Source of the DNA: Hyphomicrobiales bacterium
GTDB lineage: Bacteria > Pseudomonadota > Alphaproteobacteria > Rhizobiales > Xanthobacteraceae
Direction of reading: 5' to 3'
Assembly: GCA_016185205.1 (NCBI GenBank)
Contig: JACPOA010000018.1
Location: forward strand, 59,914 to 123,913
Length of the DNA stretch: 64,000 nt
The position numbers and the translations under genes were made by a program. Positions 9,283 to 23,271 of the stretch are shown one piece after another. The notes under the pieces are model-generated. The model saw nothing but the letters and a program-made list of their open reading frames with translations, made no database searches and was not told the DNA's origin. Each line of letters starts with the position of its first letter. The stretch's first letter is position 1.

Positions 9283-10482
9283 TCATTTTGCCGGCGCGCC
9301 GGCGGCGACCCAGGCAGCAAGCATCCGCCGCTCTTCCGCGGTCATTTCCGTAATATTGCCGGGCGGCATGGCGTTTGAGCGCACCGCGTTGCGCTCGATC
9401 AGCCTCGCATTGCGATGAATTGATTCATTGGTATCAAGAAGCACGCCTTTGGGGGCCGTTGCGATTGTCGCCCAGACCGACTCTTTTGCGTGGCACATGC
9501 TGCATCGGGACAGCACAATAGTTTCCACTTGTGCAAATTGCGGCGCTGGCGGTAGCGCACCGGTCGTCGTTTCGCGTGGTCCAGCGGCCGAGAGCCATGC
9601 GACAGCCGCCATGCCTCCGGCCGCAACGGCCCAGGTCCACCAAGGACTGCCTCTACCGGCGTGGCGCGAATTGAAGAAGTGACGAATGATCGGACCGAGC
9701 GCCAGGATGATGGCCACGATGACCCAATTGTACCGGGTGGCAAATAGCAGAGGATAATGGTTGCTGATCATGAGGAAGATGACCGGCAAGGTCAGATAGT
9801 TGTTGTGGACCGAGCGTTGCTTGCCGATCTTTACCCATTCGGGATTGGGTTCGCGTCCGGCGAGCAGGGCGGCGACGGTCTTCTTCTGGTTCGGAATGAT
9901 GATCGCAAAAACATTTGCCACCATCACTGTGCCAATGATGGCGCCGATTTGGTTGAACGCGCCGCGGCCGCTCAACATATGAGTAAATGCAAAAGTCAAA
10001 ATCACGATAAAGCAATAGCCAACCCAGGCGAGCGCCGCCTCATGCCTGCCTAACGGCGAACGACACAAGACCTCATAGATCAGCCAGGCGGAAATCAAGC
10101 TTCCCAAACTGAATGCGCCAGCCGCAAATGGCGTCAGATCCATCGAAGATTTGTCGATGAGGAAAAGCTCCGCATCGAGATAATAGACGACGACCAGCAA
10201 CGCAAACCCGGACAGCCACGTGGTGTACGCCTCCCACTTGAACCAAGTCAGTTCGTCAGGCATGCGCGCGGGCGCCAGCAAATATTTGACCATGTGATAG
10301 AAGCCGCCGCCATGCACCTGCCAAGCGTCGCCCTGCACGCCCGTGGGAAGTCCGTCACGATGCTTGAGACTGAGGTCGAGATGAATAAAATAAAATGAAC
10401 TGCCAATCCATGCCATGGCTGCGATCACATGCAGCCAGCGAAGCACAAGACTAAGCCATTCGGTCAATATCGGGTTAAACAT
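9283..10482 (-). CDS. puuD: Urate hydroxylase PuuD (membrane protein with C-terminal cytochrome c domain)
   Basis: 'LRWLHVIAAMAWIGSSFYFIHLD' N-terminus, multiple TM helices, C-terminal haem-c motif 'CSMCH'. Confidence 0.85.
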   Translation of the reverse strand: MFNPILTEWLSLVLRWLHVIAAMAWIGSSFYFIHLDLSLKHRDGLPTGVQGDAWQVHGGGFYHMVKYLLAPARMPDELTWFKWEAYTTWLSGFALLVVVYYLDAELFLIDKSSMDLTPFAAGAFSLGSLISAWLIYEVLCRSPLGRHEAALAWVGYCFIVILTFAFTHMLSGRGAFNQIGAIIGTVMVANVFAIIIPNQKKTVAALLAGREPNPEWVKIGKQRSVHNNYLTLPVIFLMISNHYPLLFATRYNWVIVAIILALGPIIRHFFNSRHAGRGSPWWTWAVAAGGMAAVAWLSAAGPRETTTGALPPAPQFAQVETIVLSRCSMCHAKESVWATIATAPKGVLLDTNESIHRNARLIERNAVRSNAMPPGNITEMTAEERRMLAAWVAAGAPAK

Positions 10483-10552
10483 GTGCGGGCCTGCCCGGGA
10501 GACTGCAACTGTAGCATGGCGAGCGAATGCCGAACGGAGAAGTCGCCGTGGT

Positions 10553-10737
10553 TCAGGGTATCGGCACGCAGGTATTCGGGATCGGGCACACCTTGGCGCA
10601 TTGCTGGGTGTCGTACTCGCCCTTGCATTCCTGGCACTTGTCCGGGTCGATCGCGTAGACGTCGCCCGCGACGCTGATGGCCGAGTTCGGGCATTCGAAT
10701 TCGCAGGCGCCGCACGCCGTGCACAGGGAAGGGACGA

Positions 10738-10750
<13 letters not shown>
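10553..10750 (-). CDS. Small 2x[4Fe-4S] ferredoxin (YfhL-like, 65 aa)
   Basis: '[12 protein letters not shown]' plus '[18 protein letters not shown]'. The start overlaps the upstream gene by 13 nt. Confidence 0.8.
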
Positions 10751-12831
<2,081 letters not shown>

Positions 12832-12855
12832 GTTCCCTCATCGACGCACGTGCAC

Positions 12856-14133
12856 TTAACGCTCGACCCCGGAGAAGATCAACGCAATGGAACCCTGGTC
12901 GCCGGGCAGGCTCATGGCGCCCGCGAGGCCCGCCGTGCCGGTCGCCGACGCCTGAATGCCGGTGTGCCTGCGCGCGAGATCGCGCGCGCAGGCGATTATG
13001 TCCTCGTCCACGACCACGGGCCGCCCGCCGCTCGTGCGCATGCCTTCGACCACCGCCCACCAGTCGTAGGTTTCGTCGTCGAGGATGCCGCTAGCGAGGC
13101 TTGCCGGCGTCGTCTCCCAGGGCCACATGAAACGGGAGCGATGGCGCGCCGCCTTGGCGAGATCGAGGCCGTCCAGTTTGTTCCAGGCGCGCGCCAGCGG
13201 CGCACAGCTCGCAGTCTGGACGGCGTTCACTTTCGGCATCTTTGCCAGCACGCCGCGCGCGCATGCGAGCGCGAACCCTTGCGTCAAAGCGCTCGCCAGC
13301 GCGCCGCCCCCCACCTGCACGAACAGCGAGTCGGGCACAACGCCGATGCGGCTAAATTCCTCCGCCATCTCGAAGGCGAGGGTGTGAGCGCCCTCGACCG
13401 CGAGGCCGTTTTCGGTTCCCTGTACGCCGAAGGGAATGGCGCCTTGCGCCACCGACTCGCGAAAGCGCAGGACGCACGGATCGCCCGCTTCGCCCGCGCG
13501 GCGTTCGCAGACGGTGATACGCGCCCCGAGATTTTGCAGTGACTGTTTTACGGCCGCGCCGGCATCGGGCGGGATGAACACGTCGAGCGGCCAGTCAGCG
13601 GCGCGCGCAATCACGGCCGCGGCGAGCGCGGCATTGCCGCAGGAGGCGATGGCGAGGCGGCGCTTGCGCAGCGCGTGGCCGGCTGGCAGTTTGGCAATTT
13701 CCAGCACGCGCAGATAGAGCATCACCCCCATAAGGTGGCGCGCCTTGTGCGAGCCGGACACGTTTGCGGTCTCGTCCTTGACCCAAAGCGAATCTTTTAG
13801 TCCCAGCGCAGCCGCCAGTCGTTTCTGCTCGATCATCGGCGTAAGGCGGAAGCCGCGGCCGTCGACGGTGACCAGCGCCGCATCCAGCTCCTCGACGATC
13901 TCGCTCCAGGCCGCGTCGGAAAGACTGGCCGCGCGCGCCAGCCGGTAGGGCGACAGCAGCGTCCGATAGCGCAGGAAGGGATTTTGTTCAGCGCCACTCG
14001 GGAATGCCTGGTCGGGCGGCTCCGCGATCAGCACATGATCGATGTCGTCGCCCGCGCCCGCCTGCGGGCAGCGGAACGGCAACGCGTGGGCGGCGTCGAC
14101 CGTCGTGCCGCAGCCATGACAGCGAAATTGCAT
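12856..14133 (-). CDS. PLP-dependent fold-type-II enzyme (threonine-synthase-like) with Cys-rich N-terminus
   Basis: 'VKDETANVSGSHKARH' (PLP lysine region), 'ASCGNAALAAA', N-terminal 'CHGCG...FRCP'. The ATG at 14133 is chosen; the upstream ORF extension is an Arg-rich artefact. Confidence 0.7.
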   Translation of the reverse strand: MQFRCHGCGTTVDAAHALPFRCPQAGAGDDIDHVLIAEPPDQAFPSGAEQNPFLRYRTLLSPYRLARAASLSDAAWSEIVEELDAALVTVDGRGFRLTPMIEQKRLAAALGLKDSLWVKDETANVSGSHKARHLMGVMLYLRVLEIAKLPAGHALRKRRLAIASCGNAALAAAVIARAADWPLDVFIPPDAGAAVKQSLQNLGARITVCERRAGEAGDPCVLRFRESVAQGAIPFGVQGTENGLAVEGAHTLAFEMAEEFSRIGVVPDSLFVQVGGGALASALTQGFALACARGVLAKMPKVNAVQTASCAPLARAWNKLDGLDLAKAARHRSRFMWPWETTPASLASGILDDETYDWWAVVEGMRTSGGRPVVVDEDIIACARDLARRHTGIQASATGTAGLAGAMSLPGDQGSIALIFSGVER

Positions 14134-14141
14134 CGTCACGC

Positions 14142-15647
14142 TCACAGACCGCGCTTCTTGTCGGCGCCGCTCTTCGCGTTGAACTCGGCGATCATGGCGT
14201 CCCAGGCAGGGACCAAGCCGAGCAGATCGTCCCAGAAGGACTGCTTGGCGCGCGCGGAAAATTCCTCGACCGACACGCCCTGCTGCTCCACCCAGGTGAA
14301 GTAGCCGAGGTTGAACACGCGTTGGCGATCGATCTGGGTCATTTCGATAAGACGATCGGTGCCGGCGCCGGCCAAAGCCCGGCCCCAGGTCTCGCCGGCC
14401 GCCACCGCATCGAACCGGTTGCTGAAATAGCGTACGACCGCCTTGTCGATCTCGCTGCCATACATGGCGGCGCCGTCGGTCGCGACGGTGAGAATGACGT
14501 CGTCGGGTCCGAGATCGAAGTATTTGGCGGTCTTGATCGCCGCCAGCATGTTGCACAGAGACGACAGGCCGAGATCGGCGAGTCGTGCGACCAGCTTGGC
14601 ATCGACGCCTCGGCGCTCGATCAGATATTTTCGTCCGGTCTCGGTATTGAACAGTACCAGCAGCGTGTCGGTCGACTGGTCGCTGACGCCGGTCACCACG
14701 TCGGTGTTCATCACGTTGTGGATATAGGGAACGTGTTTGTCGCCGATGCCCTGGATATTGTGTTCGCCGAAGCCGTTATAGAGCAGCGTCGGGCATTCGG
14801 CCGCCTCCACCGCGACGATGCGGGCCCCAAGCTTCTCCTTGAGATGATCGCCGGCGGCCAGCGTTCCGCTCGATCCCGAGGCAGAGACGTACGCCGCGAG
14901 CTTGGTGCCGGGGCGGTCTTGCGCGAGCGCGCCGAACAGCTTTTCCATCGCCGCGCCGGTGCAGACGCGGTGAATCAGATAATTCCCGAACTCGCAGAAC
15001 TGATTAAAGATGATATTGGTCGGCTCGCGATCGAGCGCGGCACAGGTGTCGTAGATTTCCTTGACGTTGCTTTCCGAGCCGGGCGTGCGGACGATGTCGG
15101 TCGGATCGGCCACCCATCGATCGAGCCAGTCGAATCGTTCGCGGCTCATGTTCTCCGGCAGCACGGCGGTGCCGCGGCAGCCGAGGATGCGCGAGATGGC
15201 GACGCCGCCGCGGCAGTAGTTGCCGGTCGAGGGCCACACCGCGCGGTCGCGCTCCGGATCGAATTGGCCGGTCACCAGCCGCGGCACCAGACAGCCATAG
15301 GCGGCCAGCACCTTATGGGCGGCGATCATCGGGAACCGGTTGCCCAATGCGAGCACGATGCGCGCCTTCACGCCGGTCAGTTCGGGCGGCAGTTCCACGT
15401 AATCGGGCACTGAGACCAGGTGCTTCCGATCGGCGCCATTGAACCAATGCACGCGGAACAAATTGAGGGCGTGCGCGCCATCGGGATCGACATCGGCGAG
15501 CCCGGCGCGGACGGCGGCGGGAATCGTCGAGGGATCTTTCAGCTGCGCGATCGTTGGCAGCACCACGCCGGCTTGGCCCAAGCGCGCGGCCGTGCGTTCG
15601 AGCACCGCCGCATCGACGACGGTGCGTTCAAGTCCGAGGCGCGCCAT
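14142..15647 (-). CDS. PLP-dependent fold-type-II enzyme (long cysteine-synthase/PALP-like, 501 aa)
   Basis: '[10 protein letters not shown]', '[11 protein letters not shown]', '[10 protein letters not shown]' resemble the CysK/CBS fold. A GGAAG Shine-Dalgarno precedes the ATG. Confidence 0.7.
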   Translation of the reverse strand: MARLGLERTVVDAAVLERTAARLGQAGVVLPTIAQLKDPSTIPAAVRAGLADVDPDGAHALNLFRVHWFNGADRKHLVSVPDYVELPPELTGVKARIVLALGNRFPMIAAHKVLAAYGCLVPRLVTGQFDPERDRAVWPSTGNYCRGGVAISRILGCRGTAVLPENMSRERFDWLDRWVADPTDIVRTPGSESNVKEIYDTCAALDREPTNIIFNQFCEFGNYLIHRVCTGAAMEKLFGALAQDRPGTKLAAYVSASGSSGTLAAGDHLKEKLGARIVAVEAAECPTLLYNGFGEHNIQGIGDKHVPYIHNVMNTDVVTGVSDQSTDTLLVLFNTETGRKYLIERRGVDAKLVARLADLGLSSLCNMLAAIKTAKYFDLGPDDVILTVATDGAAMYGSEIDKAVVRYFSNRFDAVAAGETWGRALAGAGTDRLIEMTQIDRQRVFNLGYFTWVEQQGVSVEEFSARAKQSFWDDLLGLVPAWDAMIAEFNAKSGADKKRGL

Positions 15648-15668
15648 TGTTCTTCCTTTCGTCTTGCA

Positions 15669-16849
15669 TCACATCGCCGCCATGCGGTCCCATAGGCCGG
15701 CCGCATGTTTCTGCGCGCCGGCCGCGATCGCATCCATGTCGCCGCCGGCGAGGCGGCCGTTCTCTACCACGATGCGCCCGCCCACAATGACGTGGCGGAC
15801 GCGGCCGTTTTCCCGCACCACGACATCGCCAAGCGCGCCGGCGCTAAGCGGTTGGGGAGACGCGGCGAAGCGTTCGGCGATCAGCGCATGTCCCGTCGCC
15901 AGGCGGGGCGCCGCGCGATCGTCGCCATGAAGCTTGGCGAGGCGGAACAGCGCGACCTCTTCCTCCGCCATGTCGCCGTTCCAGCCATCGGTGCCGAGCG
16001 CGACGCGGTTTGAGGTGCGCAGGTTGTCGGCATAGCCAACACGGTTGCCTTCGTTCGAGCGTGGGTTCTGCACCAGCCAGCACGACAGCGCGTCCACCAT
16101 CTCCACCTGCGCGCGGCTCAAATGCACGCCATGCGCCAGGATCGAGCCGGGCACCAGCGCGCCCAGCGTCGCAAGCCGCTCCAGCGGGCCGTCGAAGCCG
16201 CGCGACCGCGCGTCATCGACGTCGGCTGAATCTTCCGCGACATGCACATGCAGGATGGTGGCAAGTTCGCGGGCGAGGGCGCCCGCCTCGCGTACGGTGT
16301 CGTCGGAGACGGTGAAGCTCGCGTGCAGGCCGACCATTCCGCGTATCAGTTGCGACGCAGGAACGCGGCGGCACTCGGCCAGGCCGCGCGCGGCCTCCTC
16401 ACGGCCGAAATTGCGCTCGGTCGCGCCGTAGCAAAGCAGCGCGCGCATGCCGAGCTGCTCGCAAACCTTGGCGAGGATGGCGAGCGATCCCTCGATCAGA
16501 TGCGGCGATTCGTGATGATCGATGAGCGCGGTGGTGCCGGCGAGCAGCGCGCGCGCGACATAGTCCAGAGCGGAGACGCGTAGCGTCTCGGCGTCGAGCG
16601 CACGGTCGAGCCGCCACCACACCCGCTCGAGGATTTGCACGAAATTTTCCGGCAGCGGGGAGGCTGGCGGCATGCCATAGCGTGCAAGCCCGCTGTAGAG
16701 GTGCGTATGCGCGCAAACCGCGCCGGCGGCGATCTCGCCATCGCCGCAGGCGAGCACGCGCGCGCCTTCGGGCGGCGACGCCGCAATCATCCCGTCGATC
16801 ACGGCGACGCGACGGCCGTGACGGTCGGGGCCGATCAGGAGCGGTTCGG

Positions 16850-16859
<10 letters not shown>
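15669..16859 (-). CDS. ssnA: SsnA-like amidohydrolase (chlorohydrolase/deaminase superfamily)
   Basis: 'CAHTHLYSGLAR...ILERVWWRLDRALD...LIDHHESPHLIEGSL...HVHVAED...NPRSNEGNRVGY...LGTDG' tracks E. coli SsnA as I recall it. Confidence 0.65.
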
Positions 16860-19492
<2,633 letters not shown>

Positions 19493-19507
19493 CTTGGGAT
19501 TTTCCCG

Positions 19508-20344
19508 TCAACGCTCGAGATCGCTGAATTCCTCATGCAACGACTCGATGCGCCGCAGACGCTCCTGCGCCGACGCGCCGAGCGCCAGCGCCACGCCGGA
19601 GCCGAGATAGTTCACGAGACTCATGGCAGCGACGTAGGAATCGAACAGGCGCGCCCCGCGGCTGTAACAGCGGAATACGATATGGGCCGATTTTCCGACC
19701 TTGCCGAGCGAGGAATCGCCCAGCAGGACGGTCCGCGCCTTGGCGGCGGCGGCGGCACGGAGGATTCGTCCCAGCACCGGCGGACGCCGGCGGAAGCCGA
19801 ACGCCAAAACGGCGTCACCCCGTCCCAGGTCGGAGAATTCTTCGGCCACGGTCTGGCCCGGGACCGGTAGCAGGTTCACCTGCGGGCGCACCTGCACCAG
19901 CAGCTCACGGGCGTAAAAGGCAAGCGGATAGCTGTTGCGGAATCCGACCACGGTTACGCGTTGCGCGCCGGCGAGGATTTTAACGGCGGCTTGCACATGG
20001 TCGGCAGGAATCGTCTCGATGGTACGCCTGAGGTAGGCAATGTCGTGCCCGAGATGCTCCGCCAATGTTCCGTCCAAATCCCGGGTATTTGACAGCTCGG
20101 CGAGCGGCGAGCCGTTATGATAGTGATTGCGCGCCTGCTGGCGCATTTCGTGGAAATCCGCATAGCCAAGACGGCGCACCAGCCGTGCGGCGGTCGCCTT
20201 CGACACCCCCGAGCGGGCTGCCAATTCGGTTGCGGAATAGGCCGCAAGGTCGCCCCGCATCTCAAGAATCAGCTCCGCCAGCTTCCGCTCGCCGAGCGGA
20301 AGCGCGTCATATGTCTCGCGGATTCGGTGAACCAGCGGGTCCAT
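19508..20344 (-). CDS. MurR/RpiR-family transcriptional regulator (HTH + SIS domain)
   Basis: 'LSATELAARSGVSKATAARLVRRLGYADFHEMR' HTH_6, then a SIS-like C-terminus. Confidence 0.8.
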   Translation of the reverse strand: MDPLVHRIRETYDALPLGERKLAELILEMRGDLAAYSATELAARSGVSKATAARLVRRLGYADFHEMRQQARNHYHNGSPLAELSNTRDLDGTLAEHLGHDIAYLRRTIETIPADHVQAAVKILAGAQRVTVVGFRNSYPLAFYARELLVQVRPQVNLLPVPGQTVAEEFSDLGRGDAVLAFGFRRRPPVLGRILRAAAAAKARTVLLGDSSLGKVGKSAHIVFRCYSRGARLFDSYVAAMSLVNYLGSGVALALGASAQERLRRIESLHEEFSDLER

Positions 20345-20353
20345 GGCAGCGAA

Positions 20354-20407
20354 GAAACATATGTTTCATAGATATGCAATAAGGAAATATACGTTTCATT
20401 CCTTATT
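20354..20407. promoter_or_regulatory. Candidate operator pair in the rpiR / M20-ygeW-arcC divergent region
   Basis: Perfect 14-bp palindrome GAAACATATGTTTC (20354-20367). Related GAAATATACGTTTC (20384-20397). 9-bp arms AATAAGGAA (20378-20386) / TTCCTTATT (20399-20407). AT-rich island in GC-rich DNA. Confidence 0.45.
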
Positions 20408-20468
20408 GACCCGCCATTTTGGCTCTGATTTCGTGCGCGCGCTTATTCGGCTTTTACTGGAGAAATTC

Positions 20469-22010
20469 ATGTCCAACCTCGATGCGCGCGTGGCCGAACT
20501 GGCCGCCAAATATCACCCCCTGGCGGTCGAAATACTGAAGGAGGCCATCCGCATCCCCGCCGACTATGTGGACCGTCCGGCCGACCAGGGCGGCGACCCT
20601 CGCTGCGGCACCTCCAACCACGAGTTCCCGCGGCTCGACTACCTGCGCAAGAAGATCATCGAGATCAAGGCGGTGCGCCGCCCCGAGGATGTCGACTTCG
20701 ACGCGTTCGGCAATCTCGTCTGGATGGTCGCCGATCCGGACGACGGCATCGCGTCCGACCAGAAGAAGGTTATCTACCTCGACGGCCACACCGATACGGT
20801 GAAGCCGCTGCGGCCGGTGTGGCTCGAGAAGACCAATGGCGGCGTTGACGTCTACAACGGCTTGATCGATCGGACCAAGATCGACAAGGCCATGCTCGAA
20901 AAGGAACTTGGCTGGGTGCCGCCGGAGTCCGAGTGGGAGCATCTGCTGTTTGGACGCGGCTCGGCCGACCAGTTGGGCGGCGTCATCGCCCAGATCGTCG
21001 CCTCGAAGATTCTTCTGGAACTGGCGCCGGAAGGTGCCCTGAAGGGCGTCATCGTGCGCTCCTACGCCACCGTGTGCGAGGAGGACAATGACGGCGCCGG
21101 CCCGATGTATGTCATGCGCAACGTCTTGCCGGGCGCCAAGGCCGAGCTCATTCCCGATGTCGTCATCCTCACCGACTCGACCGGCGACGCCAAGAAGGGC
21201 GCGCTCGGCATCTACCGCGGGCAGCGCGGCCGCATGCAGATCGAGGTGACGGTGACGGGCCGTTCCTCCCACGGCTCGATGCCGTGGGAAGGCCTCAACC
21301 CGCTCGAATTCGGCGGCGCCATCATCAAGGAGGCGGCCGAGAAATACGAGAAGCGCGAGGGCTTCCTCGACAACGCCTTCCTGGGTCACGGCACGCGCAC
21401 GGCGTCCTGGTCGAATCTCGATACGCCGAGCGACTGTGCGGTGCCGGCCCGTTTCGTGTTCCGCTTCGACCGTCGCCTCACTATCGGCGAGACGCCCGAG
21501 CAGGCGGTGGCCGATGTCGAGGGGCTTTCCTCGGTCGCCAAGGCACGTCAGGCGGGCCTCAAGGTCGAGGTCGGCGTGCCCACATACGGGGAGGCCAGCT
21601 GGAAAGGCTTCGTCCTCAACAATCCGCAGATCTATCTGGGCTGGGTCACGCCGGAGGAGCACCCCGCGATCCAGGCGGCGGTGACGGCCTACAAGGGCGT
21701 CGTCAGCCCGCACGTGAACGGCAAGAGCGGCACCGGCGGCGGCATCCCGAAGGAGCCGCGCGTCGATCGCTGGATCTTCTCGACCGACGGCGTGGGTTAC
21801 CCGGTGTCGAAGGACGACACCAGCATTCCGGTCGGCAAGGCCAAGCAGTGGGTGGTTTCCGGCGCTTACAAGCATCCGGCCATGTTCGGCTTCGCGCCCG
21901 GCATCGAGCAGAATACGCACAAGATCGCCGAGTGCGTCGATGTTCGCGAGGTGCGGCACGCCATCGCGTTCCTGGCGCGCTTCCCCAGCGTGTTCGCCGG
22001 CAGGGTCTGA
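20469..22010 (+). CDS. M20-family metallohydrolase in the YgeY position (513 aa)
   Basis: 'LDGHTDTV', 'FGRGSADQLGG', 'CEEDNDGAG'. GGAG lies 8 nt upstream of the ATG at 20469. Confidence 0.7.
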   Translation: MSNLDARVAELAAKYHPLAVEILKEAIRIPADYVDRPADQGGDPRCGTSNHEFPRLDYLRKKIIEIKAVRRPEDVDFDAFGNLVWMVADPDDGIASDQKKVIYLDGHTDTVKPLRPVWLEKTNGGVDVYNGLIDRTKIDKAMLEKELGWVPPESEWEHLLFGRGSADQLGGVIAQIVASKILLELAPEGALKGVIVRSYATVCEEDNDGAGPMYVMRNVLPGAKAELIPDVVILTDSTGDAKKGALGIYRGQRGRMQIEVTVTGRSSHGSMPWEGLNPLEFGGAIIKEAAEKYEKREGFLDNAFLGHGTRTASWSNLDTPSDCAVPARFVFRFDRRLTIGETPEQAVADVEGLSSVAKARQAGLKVEVGVPTYGEASWKGFVLNNPQIYLGWVTPEEHPAIQAAVTAYKGVVSPHVNGKSGTGGGIPKEPRVDRWIFSTDGVGYPVSKDDTSIPVGKAKQWVVSGAYKHPAMFGFAPGIEQNTHKIAECVDVREVRHAIAFLARFPSVFAGRV

Positions 22011-22043
22011 CCAGAACCTCACCCATCACGCAAGGAGCCATTC

Positions 22044-23237
22044 ATGCCCAGCGCCGCCATCGAGAAGCAGCTCGCCGCGTTTAACGCCCTGAAGACCGAT
22101 CTCTTCCACAAGGACTTCCTGCTGACGTGGGAGCATTCGACCGACGAAATCAAGGCCATCCTGACGTTGGCCGAGGCGCTCAAGCTCCTGCATCAGGAGG
22201 GTGTCTCGTGCCGCGCCTTCGACTCAGGGCTCGCCATCTCGATCTTCCGCGACAACTCCACCCGCACCCGCTTCTCCTTCGCCGCCGCGGCGAGCGCGCT
22301 CGGCTTCACGCTGTCGGATCTGGACGAGGAGAAGAGCCAGATTGCGCACGGCGAGACCGTGCGCGAGACCGCCAACATGATCAGCTTTCTCGCTGAGGTC
22401 ATCGGCATCCGCGACGACATGTTCCTGGGCGAGGGCAACAAATACATGCGCGAGGTCGGCGACGCCCTCACCGAAGGCAAGCAGCAAGGCGTGCTGCACC
22501 GCCGGCCCAGCATCATCAATCTTCAGTGCGACATCGATCACCCGACGCAATCGCTCGCTGACCTGGCCTGGCTGAAGAAGCACTTCGGCGGCATCGAGAA
22601 CCTGCGCGGCAAGAAACTCGCCATGACCTGGGCCTACAGCCCGAGCTACGGCAAGCCGCTCTCGGTCCCGCAGGGCGTCATCGGCCTCATGACCCGTTTC
22701 GGCATGGAGGTGAGCCTGGCGCACCCGGAAGGCTACGGGCTCATACCGGAGGTGATCGAGGTCGCCCGCAAGAACGCGGTGCAGAGCGGCGGCAAGTTCG
22801 AGGTGGTGAACAGTATGGAGCAGGCCTTCCAGGGCGCCCACATCGTCTATCCCAAGTCCTGGGCGCCGTATCACGTCATGCAGCGCCGCACCGAGCTGCT
22901 CAAGACGTCCGACAAGGACGGGCTCAAGGCGCTGGAGAAGGAGTGCCTGGCCAACAACGCCCGTTTCTCGAGTTGGGAGTGCGACCGGGCCAAGATGAAC
23001 CTGACCCACGACCGTTCTGCGCTCTACATGCACTGCCTGCCGGCCGACATCACAGACGTGAGCTGCAAGGCCGGCGAGGTCAGCGCCGAGGTCTTCGAGC
23101 AGTACCGCATTCCGACCTACCACGAAGCGAGCTACAAGCCGTTTGTCATTAGCGCCCTCATGTTCCTCACGCGTCTGCGGGATCCGGGCGCGAAGTTGGA
23201 GCAGATCATCCGCCGCGCCAAAGGCCTGAGTATCTGA
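22044..23237 (+). CDS. ygeW: YgeW-type (knotted) carbamoyltransferase
   Basis: 'KDFLLTWE', 'SIFRDNSTRTRFS', 'KSQIAHGETVRETANMISF', 'NLQCDIDHPTQSLADLAWL', 'MTWAYSPSYGKPLSVPQG', 'LYMHCLPAD'. Near-collinear with E. coli YgeW from memory. Confidence 0.85.
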   Translation: MPSAAIEKQLAAFNALKTDLFHKDFLLTWEHSTDEIKAILTLAEALKLLHQEGVSCRAFDSGLAISIFRDNSTRTRFSFAAAASALGFTLSDLDEEKSQIAHGETVRETANMISFLAEVIGIRDDMFLGEGNKYMREVGDALTEGKQQGVLHRRPSIINLQCDIDHPTQSLADLAWLKKHFGGIENLRGKKLAMTWAYSPSYGKPLSVPQGVIGLMTRFGMEVSLAHPEGYGLIPEVIEVARKNAVQSGGKFEVVNSMEQAFQGAHIVYPKSWAPYHVMQRRTELLKTSDKDGLKALEKECLANNARFSSWECDRAKMNLTHDRSALYMHCLPADITDVSCKAGEVSAEVFEQYRIPTYHEASYKPFVISALMFLTRLRDPGAKLEQIIRRAKGLSI

Positions 23238-23271
23238 CCATCGGCGTGGTCTCCCCTCGTCGGAGGCTGTC

